A stretch of 64,000 nt of DNA. It comes from Ignavibacteriales bacterium. GTDB taxonomy: Bacteria > Bacteroidota > Ignavibacteria > UBA10030. The DNA lies in contig JBBIII010000004.1 of assembly GCA_037446575.1 (NCBI GenBank), positions 9,583-73,582 on the forward strand. Direction: 5' to 3'. The notes below the pieces were generated by a model, which was not told the origin of the DNA, made no database searches, and worked only from the letters and a program-made list of their open reading frames with translations. This document shows, in pieces, positions 28,860-37,996 of this stretch. Position numbers and translations under genes: made by a program. Position 1 is the stretch's first letter, and each line of letters begins with the position of its first letter.

Positions 28860-29306
28860 TTAAAGATTTGTAGAATTAATAGATTGCTGTTTCATGAATT
28901 TGTGAAATTCTTTAATAATTTTTAGTGTTAACCAAAAGCCAACGATCTCCATAACAAGTATGCAACCATACGTAACCTCATAAATAATTTTCCAAGAATA
29001 ATTAGCGGGTAAATTGCTTATATATGGAGATGCAATGAATCTTGTGTAGATATTATAAATCAATTCTGCTGGAAGTGAGCCAAGCAAAATTATCGAACTC
29101 TGGCGACTGGCTTGAGTCAAAAGAAATAAGGATGACAACAAAGGAACTAAACACAGAATTAGAAGTAAAGGTAAGTACGCATCTATTATGAACATAAAAT
29201 CAATTTTCTGGCGGGCATAAAAATGAAGCGTATAAACAATGGCATGAGCCGTCATAATAAAAATAACTTGTTTTGAAATCGAACGAATACTATCTGTCAA
29301 TGTCAT
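28860..29306 (-). CDS. Hypothetical integral membrane protein
   Basis: 148 aa with four predicted hydrophobic helices; no recognisable motif. Confidence 0.4.
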   Translation of the reverse strand: MTLTDSIRSISKQVIFIMTAHAIVYTLHFYARQKIDFMFIIDAYLPLLLILCLVPLLSSLFLLTQASRQSSIILLGSLPAELIYNIYTRFIASPYISNLPANYSWKIIYEVTYGCILVMEIVGFWLTLKIIKEFHKFMKQQSINSTNL

Positions 29307-29339
29307 ATCATCTCCTTTTATATAAAAATTAGGAACAGC

Positions 29340-30479
29340 TTAAATTAATCTGCGCGCTCTAACGAATTTCTTTAATAATGATTTATCAAAATATTTTGAT
29401 GATGGATTGAAACTACCCAATTTGACTTGCTCTGAACTATGAATGAACGTTTTATTACCTAAGTAAATTGCTACATGTGTAATTCGTTCTTGTCTCTTAG
29501 TTGTTGCTTTTTTCCCGAAGAAAAGTAAATCCCCCTTTTTAAGTCTATCAAAATTATTACCTGGTTCAATATGTGCGCCTTGTAAAGCTTGTTGGTTTGC
29601 ATCACGATTTAATTCTAAGCCATTTAATCTGAACACCATTTTTACAAACCCAGAACAATCCAATCCTCTGGCTGAAGTTCCACCCCAAAGATATGGTGTT
29701 CCCAAAAATAATTTCGCTGTCTTTTCAATGTTTTTAACTGTTAACGAACGATTCTTTACCCACTTTTCATAATTCTCAATGCCATCGCTTTGGATATACC
29801 CTGTTGTTCCATCCGACAATTCTACTAGTGTCCATTTATTCAGAATGCTGTCGCATTTAACAATGCAACCTATAGATACATTAGTAATCAGAGTTGAATT
29901 AATTAGCGGTTCTTTTGTGATTTTACCTTGTAATGCCGTTACAATGATCTTTTGTGTTTTATTCCAATGATTCAAGCCATCTTGGCTCATTTGAATTACT
30001 ACAGAGCTATCTATCCATCCAAGATATTTACAAGGAGTTTGAACTAAAAGGAATTTTCTTTCTTTATCTATGATTTTCACAATTGAACCCATTAAAGCTT
30101 GATTTACAAGTTCCGCACTGTCATTAGGCTTACGCCTCATGTCGCAAACTTCCGTTAATATTATTCCATATGGATATTTGCACAAATTTGTATCAGGAAG
30201 AATTCTAATCTGATCTATTATATTATTTTTAAATGATAAGCTTAATGTGTCTATAAGAGATTTTTTTGCGTCAGCATTATCGACTTTGCCACGCAGTACA
30301 ATTCCTGATTTTGTTTGCCGGTAAGAAATATTAAATATAGCCGTCCGTTTATCCGGTGCATATTTTTGTTGAATTGATTTTATGATAGATTTAATCAAAT
30401 CTTTCTGGTCGCTTATATTGTACCCTAAAAAAGTGAAACTAAGAAATAATAGAAATATTTTACTACAAAACAACATCAT
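29340..30479 (-). CDS. NlpC/P60 (C40) family peptidoglycan peptidase with N-terminal SH3b-like domains
   Basis: The catalytic region is 'GTPYLWGGTSARGLDCSGFVKMVF…H'. A signal peptide is present. Confidence 0.8.
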   Translation of the reverse strand: MMLFCSKIFLLFLSFTFLGYNISDQKDLIKSIIKSIQQKYAPDKRTAIFNISYRQTKSGIVLRGKVDNADAKKSLIDTLSLSFKNNIIDQIRILPDTNLCKYPYGIILTEVCDMRRKPNDSAELVNQALMGSIVKIIDKERKFLLVQTPCKYLGWIDSSVVIQMSQDGLNHWNKTQKIIVTALQGKITKEPLINSTLITNVSIGCIVKCDSILNKWTLVELSDGTTGYIQSDGIENYEKWVKNRSLTVKNIEKTAKLFLGTPYLWGGTSARGLDCSGFVKMVFRLNGLELNRDANQQALQGAHIEPGNNFDRLKKGDLLFFGKKATTKRQERITHVAIYLGNKTFIHSSEQVKLGSFNPSSKYFDKSLLKKFVRARRLI

Positions 30480-30542
30480 AAAAGTAGCGCCTATTTTAGT
30501 TTATGAAAAAATAAATGAATTATCTAAATCCTTCAAACGAAA

Positions 30543-31184
30543 TTATAAGAAGCGTTCTAGAAAAATGTTGATATCTCTTATACTTTCCTCGCTAATTGAA
30601 TGAGCTATAGGATATTCCTGATATGTAACATTAGCGTTTTTCTCTTGTAATAATTGGAGAGTACTTTTTGCAAATGTTAGTGGGATTGTTTGATCATATA
30701 TTCCGTGCGCCATATAATAAGATAAATTATCTATTTTATCCCATTCGTATTTTAGATTTTCAGATTTGGGTAAAAATCCGCTATGCGCTATCACTCCGTC
30801 ACATAAATTCGGAAATAAAAGGGAATTAACAAAAGCCATCATAGCTCCCATACTAAATCCCATTAAAAATATTTTATTGAAATTTAATTGAAATAATTCT
30901 TTTATATTACCGATGCATTCTCTAAGTAAAATAGCGCTTTTAATAATTTGATTACAATCGGCTTCCAATTTTTCATCGAGATCGAACCAGGTATATCCAC
31001 CAAATTGATATTTATGTGGTGCCCGAATGCTTACAATAACCAAACGTGAGTCTAAATAATTTGATAGTTCTAATAGATCGTTTTCATCGCTTCCACGACC
31101 GTGTAATAGTATGAGGATTGTTCGAGAGCTTTGAATTTGATTGTTAGGAACTGCAATTTTATAATATAGTTGTTGTCCACTCAT
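30543..31184 (-). CDS. Alpha/beta hydrolase, phospholipase/carboxylesterase family
   Basis: 'ILILLHGRGSDEND' and a GFSMG nucleophile elbow are present. Confidence 0.7.
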   Translation of the reverse strand: MSGQQLYYKIAVPNNQIQSSRTILILLHGRGSDENDLLELSNYLDSRLVIVSIRAPHKYQFGGYTWFDLDEKLEADCNQIIKSAILLRECIGNIKELFQLNFNKIFLMGFSMGAMMAFVNSLLFPNLCDGVIAHSGFLPKSENLKYEWDKIDNLSYYMAHGIYDQTIPLTFAKSTLQLLQEKNANVTYQEYPIAHSISEESIRDINIFLERFL

Positions 31185-31195
31185 TTTAGCATTTG

Positions 31196-31240
31196 ATAAA
31201 AAAAACTGCGAGGCATCTTATATTGCATCGCAGTTTTTTA
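31196..31240. terminator. Bidirectional rho-independent terminator (A-run, CTGCGAGGCA…TGCATCGCAG, T-run)
   Basis: Stem-loop flanked by A6/T6 runs, located downstream of the minus-strand gene 31262..31648. Confidence 0.6.
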
Positions 31241-31261
31241 TAACAGATCAAGGAAAAAAAA

Positions 31262-31648
31262 TTACTTGACTTTAACTGTGGTCGGTGCAACTGCAACCCA
31301 ACTACCTTGAATATTATGCACTTTAGAATCTGCCCAAGTTTTTACCACTACAGTAAATCCATCACGCGAAACACCATCAGCTTTTACATTTACACGAACA
31401 TTTGACTTTGTTTCTGCGTCAATTGTTGTTATAGAGACTATTACGTCGGGTTTTACATTAAATGGTTTCGGGAAGTTAACTGCAACCGTTATTTGTCTAT
31501 CGCCACTACCGCTTGCCAAGCCAGCGCCGGTTGTTGAAAAAGTGCCAACCTGGACTTGAGGCACCTCAATGGATTTTTGCGCCATCAATGGGTGCGCTGC
31601 TATTAGCGCGATAATAAAAAGTCCTATAAATCCGATTAAGTTTTTCAT
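31262..31648 (-). CDS. Small secreted beta-rich protein, possibly H-type-lectin-like
   Basis: 128 aa with a signal peptide and an alternating hydrophobic pattern (…VAVNFPKPF…PDVIVSITTID…GFTVVVKTW…). The lectin assignment is a weak pattern match only. Confidence 0.35.
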   Translation of the reverse strand: MKNLIGFIGLFIIALIAAHPLMAQKSIEVPQVQVGTFSTTGAGLASGSGDRQITVAVNFPKPFNVKPDVIVSITTIDAETKSNVRVNVKADGVSRDGFTVVVKTWADSKVHNIQGSWVAVAPTTVKVK

Positions 31649-31768
31649 ATATATCTCTCCTCTATAGTAAGTTTATTGATTGTTGATTATTAATCAGTTT
31701 TTGATGACTGATCCTAAGCATAAAGTCAATTCAAATTATTTTATAACTCAAATTCGATATATAAAATA

Positions 31769-32155
31769 TTATTGAATAAATTCTTCTATGTTTCCAGGGC
31801 GCATTAACATTAATATTGAAGAATGCGATACAATAAGATACTTTTCACCATCATATTCTACTTCAATAGCCGCATCACGTATAAATATTGCATAGTCTCC
31901 TTCTTCTGCCTGCAATGGGATGTATTTTACAGGGTCTTTTGGAGTTGTTGACCATGATTCTTGATCTATATATTGTGGATTAGGAACCGCATACCCGGGC
32001 CCAACGCGGACGACATATCCGCTTTGGACTTTATCTTTTTCTTTTACTCCCGGTGGCAGATAAAGTCCATGTGCTGTTCTATCGCTTTCTTTATCTGGGG
32101 CTATTAAAACCTTATCGCCCACCAGGATAATTTTTTTTCGTGTTTTTATATCCAC
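31769..32155 (-). CDS. GroES (Cpn10)-like co-chaperonin homolog with a ~30-aa internal insertion, not adjacent to groEL
   Basis: 'KKIILVGDKVLIAPDKESDRTAHGLYLPPGVKEKDKVQSGYVVRVGPG' tracks the GroES N-terminus and mobile loop, and '…EGDYAIF…EVEYDGEKYLIVSHSSILMLM' tracks the C-terminus. The extra segment YAVPNPQYIDQESWSTTPKDPVKYIP lies between them. Confidence 0.55.
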   Translation of the reverse strand: MDIKTRKKIILVGDKVLIAPDKESDRTAHGLYLPPGVKEKDKVQSGYVVRVGPGYAVPNPQYIDQESWSTTPKDPVKYIPLQAEEGDYAIFIRDAAIEVEYDGEKYLIVSHSSILMLMRPGNIEEFIQ

Positions 32156-32186
32156 AATTCTTCTTTATTAAAATTAGCCGATTATG

Positions 32187-32261
32187 TCGGGACGGCGGGA
32201 TTTGAACCCGCGACCCCTTGCACCCCAAGCAAGTGCGCTAGCCGGGCTGCGCCACGTCCCG
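32187..32261 (-). tRNA. tRNA-Pro (anticodon GGG)
   Basis: The reverse complement CGGGACGTGGCGCAGCCCGGCTAGCGCACTTGCTTGGGGTGCAAGGGGTCGCGGGTTCAAATCCCGCCGTCCCGA folds as a cloverleaf: acceptor CGGGACG/CGTCCCG, D-arm GCGC…GCGC, anticodon stem CTTGC/GCAAG with loop TTGGGGT, and a T-arm GCGGG-TTCAAAT-CCCGC. Confidence 0.85.
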
Positions 32262-32309
32262 TTTATTTTTTGAATTCATGATAACTACTTTTTAATAAGC
32301 TTGCAAATG

Positions 32310-32894
32310 CTAAACAAGTCCACGCTTGATAAAATTTTTCACATTTTTTTGTATGTTGTCTAACGTAATTAATTCGGGTTGCTGTGCCCATTGACGTAAG
32401 ACATTTCGTAATCCACCAATAATGAAATAGCGAAATATTCTTATATCAGCGGCTTCATTAAATAATTTTTTCTGTACACCTTCACGAATAATTTCTTCTG
32501 CAATATCAAAAAAATCATTATAGTGTTTTCCGACATTGCCTCGTCTATTTTTTATCAATATGTGTTGTTCGTTAACAAAAACGGTTGCTATTGCAGGATT
32601 TGCTATAAATAGGTTAAAAAAGTTATCTATTATAATATCTAATTTTTGCGAAGGACCGATATCTGATCGATTAATTGTTACTTTTAGATTTTGTGTAAGC
32701 TCAAGCCATAATTGATCGAATATTGTAAGTAATATTGCCTCTTTATTTTTATAATACAAATAAACGCTCCCTGTAGCTACGCCTGCTTCTTTTGCTATTG
32801 TTACAATTTTTGAATTGTTGTAACCGAATTTTGCAAATACTTTTATTGCCGCATTAATGATTGCTTTTTCTTTATTACCTTCTCGTCTTCGCAT
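32310..32894 (-). CDS. TetR/AcrR family transcriptional regulator
   Basis: N-terminal HTH '…FAKFGYNNSKIVTIAKEAGVATGSVYLYYKNKEAIL'. Confidence 0.8.
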   Translation of the reverse strand: MRRREGNKEKAIINAAIKVFAKFGYNNSKIVTIAKEAGVATGSVYLYYKNKEAILLTIFDQLWLELTQNLKVTINRSDIGPSQKLDIIIDNFFNLFIANPAIATVFVNEQHILIKNRRGNVGKHYNDFFDIAEEIIREGVQKKLFNEAADIRIFRYFIIGGLRNVLRQWAQQPELITLDNIQKNVKNFIKRGLV

Positions 32895-33041
32895 TTTGTT
32901 TACGTATTATTTTGAATTTTTATTCAATTATACACACCAAAAATTGTAATGTCAAATTATAGCAAGTCGAAAAAAGTTATTTTTGTATAGATTGCACAAT
33001 GTATTCGAAGTAAAGAGAAAAATGGCACAAACTAGCCAAAT

Positions 33042-33145
33042 GAGACAAGATTTCCATCGATTTTGTGTCTGTTCGTATCGTATACTTTTTTTGTGCTTGC
33101 CACTTTGGGGTTATCATTGTTCTTTAATTTTATAATTGCTCAAGC
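33042..33145 (+). repeat. Copy 1 of a ~104-nt conserved intergenic element (≈77% identical to 39324..39427)
   Basis: It shares a perfect 15-mer CGATTTTGTGTCTGT plus blocks TACTTTTT.TGTGCTTG and GGGGTT.TCATTGTTCTT.AATTT.ATAATTG with copy 2. Confidence 0.7.
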
Positions 33146-33231
33146 TTTTTTATAAGAATAACTATGTCTAGAAATAATTTGTTTAGCAATTACCTCGTGT
33201 TTATATATGTTCAAATATTATATTAAGACAA

Positions 33232-33269
33232 ATAAAAAAGGCAAGGTACTAATACCTTGCCTTGGTTTT
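33232..33269. terminator. Rho-independent terminator GGCAAGGTA-ctaa-TACCTTGCC followed by TTGGTTTT (A-run upstream)
   Basis: A perfect 9-bp stem followed by a U-tract. It sits in an ORF-free stretch between the repeat copy and the response-regulator gene. Confidence 0.65.
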
Positions 33270-33512
33270 GACGTTGCCCCTAATACCCCTTCAGTCTCAG
33301 CATCTCCCTGTATGCTTCGTACTGTTGAAAGCTGTTTTATGCGCACAGCTTCTATGGTAAGTGATCCGATTTATCGGATGCAGTATTACAGGTGGACACT
33401 ACCGTTGAACTGTAACATGCTATTGCAAATATAATATCGCTATATGATATTCGGTATCACGCAAATACGTGATTTTGTTCTTAGGTGTTTTTTGTCAGTG
33501 TTACAAATTCTA

Positions 33513-34190
33513 TTAAAGAATTTGATTTTTGATAGCTTTAACTATAGCGCTACTTCGATTATTTACTTGTAATTTGGTGTAAATATTGCGTATGTAAGTA
33601 TCAATTGTATGGAAACTTAAATTAAGCTTAGAGCTTATTGCTTTTTTTGTTAGTCCATCTATCATCAATCTCAATACTTCTCTTTCTTGCGAACTTAAGT
33701 AGCTTGCCACTACAGGTTGATTTAAAGATGCAAAAGTTGATAATACTTTACGCGCTATTTGTGGATTGATTGGGGAACCGCCATTTAGGACGTCGCGTAT
33801 CGACTCAATCATTTTTTCCTCGGATGTTGTTTTTAATAGATACCCAACCGCACCAGCGCAAATTGCTTGGTAGACTGTCTCGCAATCCTCGTGAATTGTT
33901 ATAATTATAATTTGAATAGACGAATCACATTCTTTTATCTTTTGAATACCTTCTAATCCACTTATGCCTGGTAAGCCTATATCCAATAGAATTATCTTGG
34001 GAGCAGGATTAGTTGATAAGAAATTTAATGCTTCCTCGCAGGATCCAAACTTGTTAGTGCATTTTAAATCGGTAGTAAGATTGATGACTTCAGAAAGACA
34101 ATCTCGAAATAATATAAAATCTTCCACAATCCATATTTCGGATTTGGAATCTGAAATTTGATCGTTATTATAAGTATTCAATTTGTTCAT
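33513..34190 (-). CDS. NarL/FixJ-type response regulator (REC + LuxR HTH)
   Basis: REC '…ILLDIGLPGISG…' and a C-terminal LuxR HTH '…EREVLRLMIDGLTKKAISSKLNLSFHTIDTYIRNIYTKLQV'. Confidence 0.85.
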   Translation of the reverse strand: MNKLNTYNNDQISDSKSEIWIVEDFILFRDCLSEVINLTTDLKCTNKFGSCEEALNFLSTNPAPKIILLDIGLPGISGLEGIQKIKECDSSIQIIIITIHEDCETVYQAICAGAVGYLLKTTSEEKMIESIRDVLNGGSPINPQIARKVLSTFASLNQPVVASYLSSQEREVLRLMIDGLTKKAISSKLNLSFHTIDTYIRNIYTKLQVNNRSSAIVKAIKNQIL

Positions 34191-34330
34191 AGTTTGAATT
34201 TGAATGTTCTTTTTTCACTTTACTAAATTAATAAATTCTGAAACTTATAGCAATATTTACTTCTTATATAAAATTGCTCTCTTATCGCTCTTCTTGCTAA
34301 TAGAAGGATTATTGCCTAAATTTTCCACTG

Positions 34331-37300
34331 ATGAAAAAGTTACTTATAATATTTTATTTATTACTCATTCCTTTATTCATAGTTTTAGGGCAGGATTCAA
34401 AGGAAAATGCAGACTTCAAATTAGCGGTGAATCTCTATAAAGATAAGTTGTATGACCTTGCTTTAGAGCAATTCCAAACTTTTATTAGTCTTTATCCAAA
34501 CACACCACAAGGAATTGAAGCCCGATTCTATCTCGGTTTAACACAATCAAAACTAAAAAAACATGAAGATGCAAGAATAACATTTCAGAACTTTGCATTA
34601 ACATATTCTGAAAACATCAAAGCTCCTGAAGCTTGGATGAATGTTGCAGAAGAATACGTTTTCCTGAAAAATTTTAGTGAAGCGGCATTAGCTTTTGAAA
34701 GAGTAAAAACTTTTCATCCGAAAAGTAAATTTGCCCCAATAGCATTATTAAAAGCGGCAGATTATTATGAAAAAATTGGAGATAAATCGAATATTCGTCG
34801 TGTATTGAGAGTATTAACGCAAGAATATAGTACGCCTGAGGTGCTTCCTGCCCGATTGAGGCTTGCGGAATTATTTATTGCAGAAAATCAATTTGAACAA
34901 GCAAGAGCAGAAAGCAAGCGTACTGTTGATGCAACTAATGATTCGCAATTAAAATCGCGGGCATTGGTATTATTAGCAAAGTCGTTAATTGGGTTAGGAA
35001 AAAATAATGACGCTGAGCTTGCAATATCGGAAGTAACAAAAAATTTCAAAAATTCTGCAAGTTATCACGAAGCATTGTTTATGCTTGGTTCACTGAAAAA
35101 TTTTGCAGGAAATTTGGATGAAGCAATGAAAGTTTGGCGAACGCTGGTTGACGATAGTTTAAAAGGGCCAAAACTATTGAGGCAAGACGCATTTATTGAA
35201 ATGGCAGAAGCCAACATGCGTGTTCGCGATTTTTCGCGTGCATCGCATCTTTTTGAACGAGCCGCTGAAATAAAAGCAATGCGCAATAGAGAAGCTTTGT
35301 ACAAAGCAGGAGTATCTGCTGAAAAAACCGGAGACTTAAGAAAAGCGGCGCAATTTTATTCAAAAGCCCTGCAAGACAGCTTGAATAATTTTGATTATAG
35401 AGCAATTTTAATTGGAGCGCTAAAAGCGGCAAAAATTACTGAAAATAATTCAGAAGTTGTTAAACTTATAGAGCAGTACAGACTTCAATTTCCTTTAGAT
35501 TACAATTTACCGCGAATATTAATAGAGGGCGCACAAATTGCTTTAAACAAACTTAATGCCGCCAACCTTGCAATTGATTATTGTGAAATGATAATTAAAA
35601 ACTTTCCACAAAGTGAATGGGTTGACGATGCCACATTTCTGATAGGAATGGCGAAGAAGAAAAATGCCGATGCTAATGGCGCAGTTGCAGTATTCGAAAG
35701 TTTGCAATATCGTTATCCAAGCAGTGAATTTATTCCGGAAATACAAAATCAAATTCGTTTAATCAAAGCATTCGATAGAAGCGGTAAGGAAGAAAGCATC
35801 CAAAAACTTGCACTTTTAATTGGCGATGTAATTGCGCAAAAAACAAGAGGTGATCTTGCTTTCAGATTGGCTGAAATTTATTTTCACGACTTAAAAGATT
35901 ATCAACTTGCAGCTCAACAATACACATCTGCGCTACAGTTAGATATTGAAGAATCATTGCGTAAAGATGCGTGGTTTAAACTTGCACAATCATTCGAATT
36001 GCTCGCGTTTTACGAGGGAGAAAAAAGCGAAATAGGAAAAGCTAATCTATTAAAAGCTATAGCTATATATGACTCGATCTCTATTAAATATCCTAATAGC
36101 GCATTATCTGAAAAATCTGTTGTTAACGCATTTATACATCGACTCAAACTAACTGATAAAGGCGATGAAATTCGTGCTTTAGGTACAGAATTTATTAATA
36201 AATCAACTGCAACGCAGGGCAGAGATTTAGCATTGCTTGCATTAGGAAATTCCTACTACCAAACGAAGAATTACAAAGACGCAATTCCGATATATTTACT
36301 GATATTAAAAAATTTTCTCAGGAGCGAAAATTATCCATCTGCACAATATCAATTAGGAAAGTCGCTGGTTGAAGTAGCGTTAAAAGATTCAGCAGTAAAA
36401 GTTCTCGATACGTTTATTTCACAAAATCCGAATCATCCGCAAAGCGCAAAAGCAATATCTTGTTTAGCAAAATTTGCCGCCGATAGTGGAAATGTGGTGA
36501 AATCGCTTGAATATTATGATTTGCTTGAAAAACGTTACTTCTATAGTCGGGCTAGTGTTGATTTGGAAACTTTAAAAGCCGACGCATACTTTAATGTGGC
36601 TGATTATAAAAGAGCAATTGATTGGTATGTGAGAGCGTATGAAAAAATTAAAAATGATTTCTTTTTTACCAATATAGAACCGGAAGCTGAACGCAAAATA
36701 ATATTTAAACTTGCTGTTTGCAACGAAAGGTTAAATAATAAGTCAGACGCAAAAAAATGGTATGCAGAATATGTAACCCGAGATCAATCGACAGCGCAGG
36801 CTGGACAAGCTTATTATGCACTTGCTTCGATGGCAAAAGTAGAAAACGATGTAGATGCCGCCGCTAAATATTTACAAGAAGTGAGCCGGGTGTCGGTAAT
36901 CTCAGGTGTAAAGAACGTTGCTGTTGCGGCTGAGACTGGAGATATGTTGTTTCGGAATGAAAAATATTCCGAAGCCATACAGAAGTACAATGAAGCGATT
37001 ACACAAACAAAAAATGATAGTATGATACAATATCTTCAGGCAAGAATTGTCGTTTCATATTTTAGATTAGATAACTTACTTGAAGCGGACAAAAGAGCAA
37101 TGGATTTTTTAAAAGCAAATCCAAGAGCGAATGAATATGCCTCAGAATTCGAATTGGAACGAGGAAAGTTTCAGTTACGAAAAGATGATCTAACAAAAGC
37201 AAAAGAAAAATTTGAAATTGTAATCAAGAAGTATCCCAAATCAAAAGTTGTTCCGGAAGCATTTCTGTGGTTGGCTCGTGTGCATGAACTTGATCAAAAG

Positions 37301-37984
37301 ATTCCTGTAGCTGTTCAAGTTTATGATTCGTTAATTCGGTTATTTCCGAAAGACGCAATAATTCCGCGGGCAAGGTTAAATCTTGGTAATGCGTATTATT
37401 ATCTTGAACAATGGGATGCGGCTTCTAGGCAATATAGGGCAATAGTAGAAAACGAACAGCTTTCTCCGGATTTAGTGCCGTCAGCAATGAGCAATTTAAT
37501 TATGACTTACAAAGAAATGGAAATGTTTGATGGCGCGTTAGAATTGACTAGAAAATATATAGAGCGTTTTCCGGACGCGCAAGATTTAATTGACAAGAAA
37601 ATAGATATTGGCGTGCTTTACCAAAAATTGGGATTTTATGGTCAATCAATATTTCAACTTCAAAGTCTAATAGAAGCCGGTAATTTCGATCTTGAAGCGG
37701 AATTAAGATATTATATAGGAGAAGCACATTTTTACAAAGGGGATTATCAACAAGCAATTCTCGAATTTCTCAAAGTTCCATATTTAGTAACGAAGCTTAG
37801 TAAAGTTGATTGGATATCAACGTCGTATTATATGGCGGGTCAATCTTATGAAAAAATGTCGAAATACGATCAAGCTATAACAATGTATAAGCAAATTATA
37901 GAGAGAAAAGAAACCGATGTTCAATTTAAAACAGCGGCGCAAAAAGAAATTGACAGAGTGAAGACTATATTGGGAAAAAAATAA
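34331..37984 (+). CDS. Large secreted tetratricopeptide-repeat protein (1217 aa)
   Basis: A signal peptide, then >20 TPR/BamD-YbgF-like repeats (recurrent A..Y..G.....A...F pattern throughout). Confidence 0.7.
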   Translation: MKKLLIIFYLLLIPLFIVLGQDSKENADFKLAVNLYKDKLYDLALEQFQTFISLYPNTPQGIEARFYLGLTQSKLKKHEDARITFQNFALTYSENIKAPEAWMNVAEEYVFLKNFSEAALAFERVKTFHPKSKFAPIALLKAADYYEKIGDKSNIRRVLRVLTQEYSTPEVLPARLRLAELFIAENQFEQARAESKRTVDATNDSQLKSRALVLLAKSLIGLGKNNDAELAISEVTKNFKNSASYHEALFMLGSLKNFAGNLDEAMKVWRTLVDDSLKGPKLLRQDAFIEMAEANMRVRDFSRASHLFERAAEIKAMRNREALYKAGVSAEKTGDLRKAAQFYSKALQDSLNNFDYRAILIGALKAAKITENNSEVVKLIEQYRLQFPLDYNLPRILIEGAQIALNKLNAANLAIDYCEMIIKNFPQSEWVDDATFLIGMAKKKNADANGAVAVFESLQYRYPSSEFIPEIQNQIRLIKAFDRSGKEESIQKLALLIGDVIAQKTRGDLAFRLAEIYFHDLKDYQLAAQQYTSALQLDIEESLRKDAWFKLAQSFELLAFYEGEKSEIGKANLLKAIAIYDSISIKYPNSALSEKSVVNAFIHRLKLTDKGDEIRALGTEFINKSTATQGRDLALLALGNSYYQTKNYKDAIPIYLLILKNFLRSENYPSAQYQLGKSLVEVALKDSAVKVLDTFISQNPNHPQSAKAISCLAKFAADSGNVVKSLEYYDLLEKRYFYSRASVDLETLKADAYFNVADYKRAIDWYVRAYEKIKNDFFFTNIEPEAERKIIFKLAVCNERLNNKSDAKKWYAEYVTRDQSTAQAGQAYYALASMAKVENDVDAAAKYLQEVSRVSVISGVKNVAVAAETGDMLFRNEKYSEAIQKYNEAITQTKNDSMIQYLQARIVVSYFRLDNLLEADKRAMDFLKANPRANEYASEFELERGKFQLRKDDLTKAKEKFEIVIKKYPKSKVVPEAFLWLARVHELDQKIPVAVQVYDSLIRLFPKDAIIPRARLNLGNAYYYLEQWDAASRQYRAIVENEQLSPDLVPSAMSNLIMTYKEMEMFDGALELTRKYIERFPDAQDLIDKKIDIGVLYQKLGFYGQSIFQLQSLIEAGNFDLEAELRYYIGEAHFYKGDYQQAILEFLKVPYLVTKLSKVDWISTSYYMAGQSYEKMSKYDQAITMYKQIIERKETDVQFKTAAQKEIDRVKTILGKK

Positions 37985-37996
37985 CTAGACTTTCAT

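Noticed and set aside
32187-32261. tRNA-Pro as a possible integration site for a genomic island (downstream hydrolase cluster)
   Set aside because: There is no integrase, recombinase or transposase ORF within 10 kb on either side, and I found no repeat of the tRNA 3' end. The neighbouring genes look chromosomal.
33207-33434. 75-aa ORF in the tetR/response-regulator intergenic region
   Set aside because: It crosses an intrinsic terminator and two perfect hairpins, has no RBS, and its composition looks like translated non-coding DNA (MFKYYIKTNKKGK…). More likely the region is non-coding RNA or UTR.
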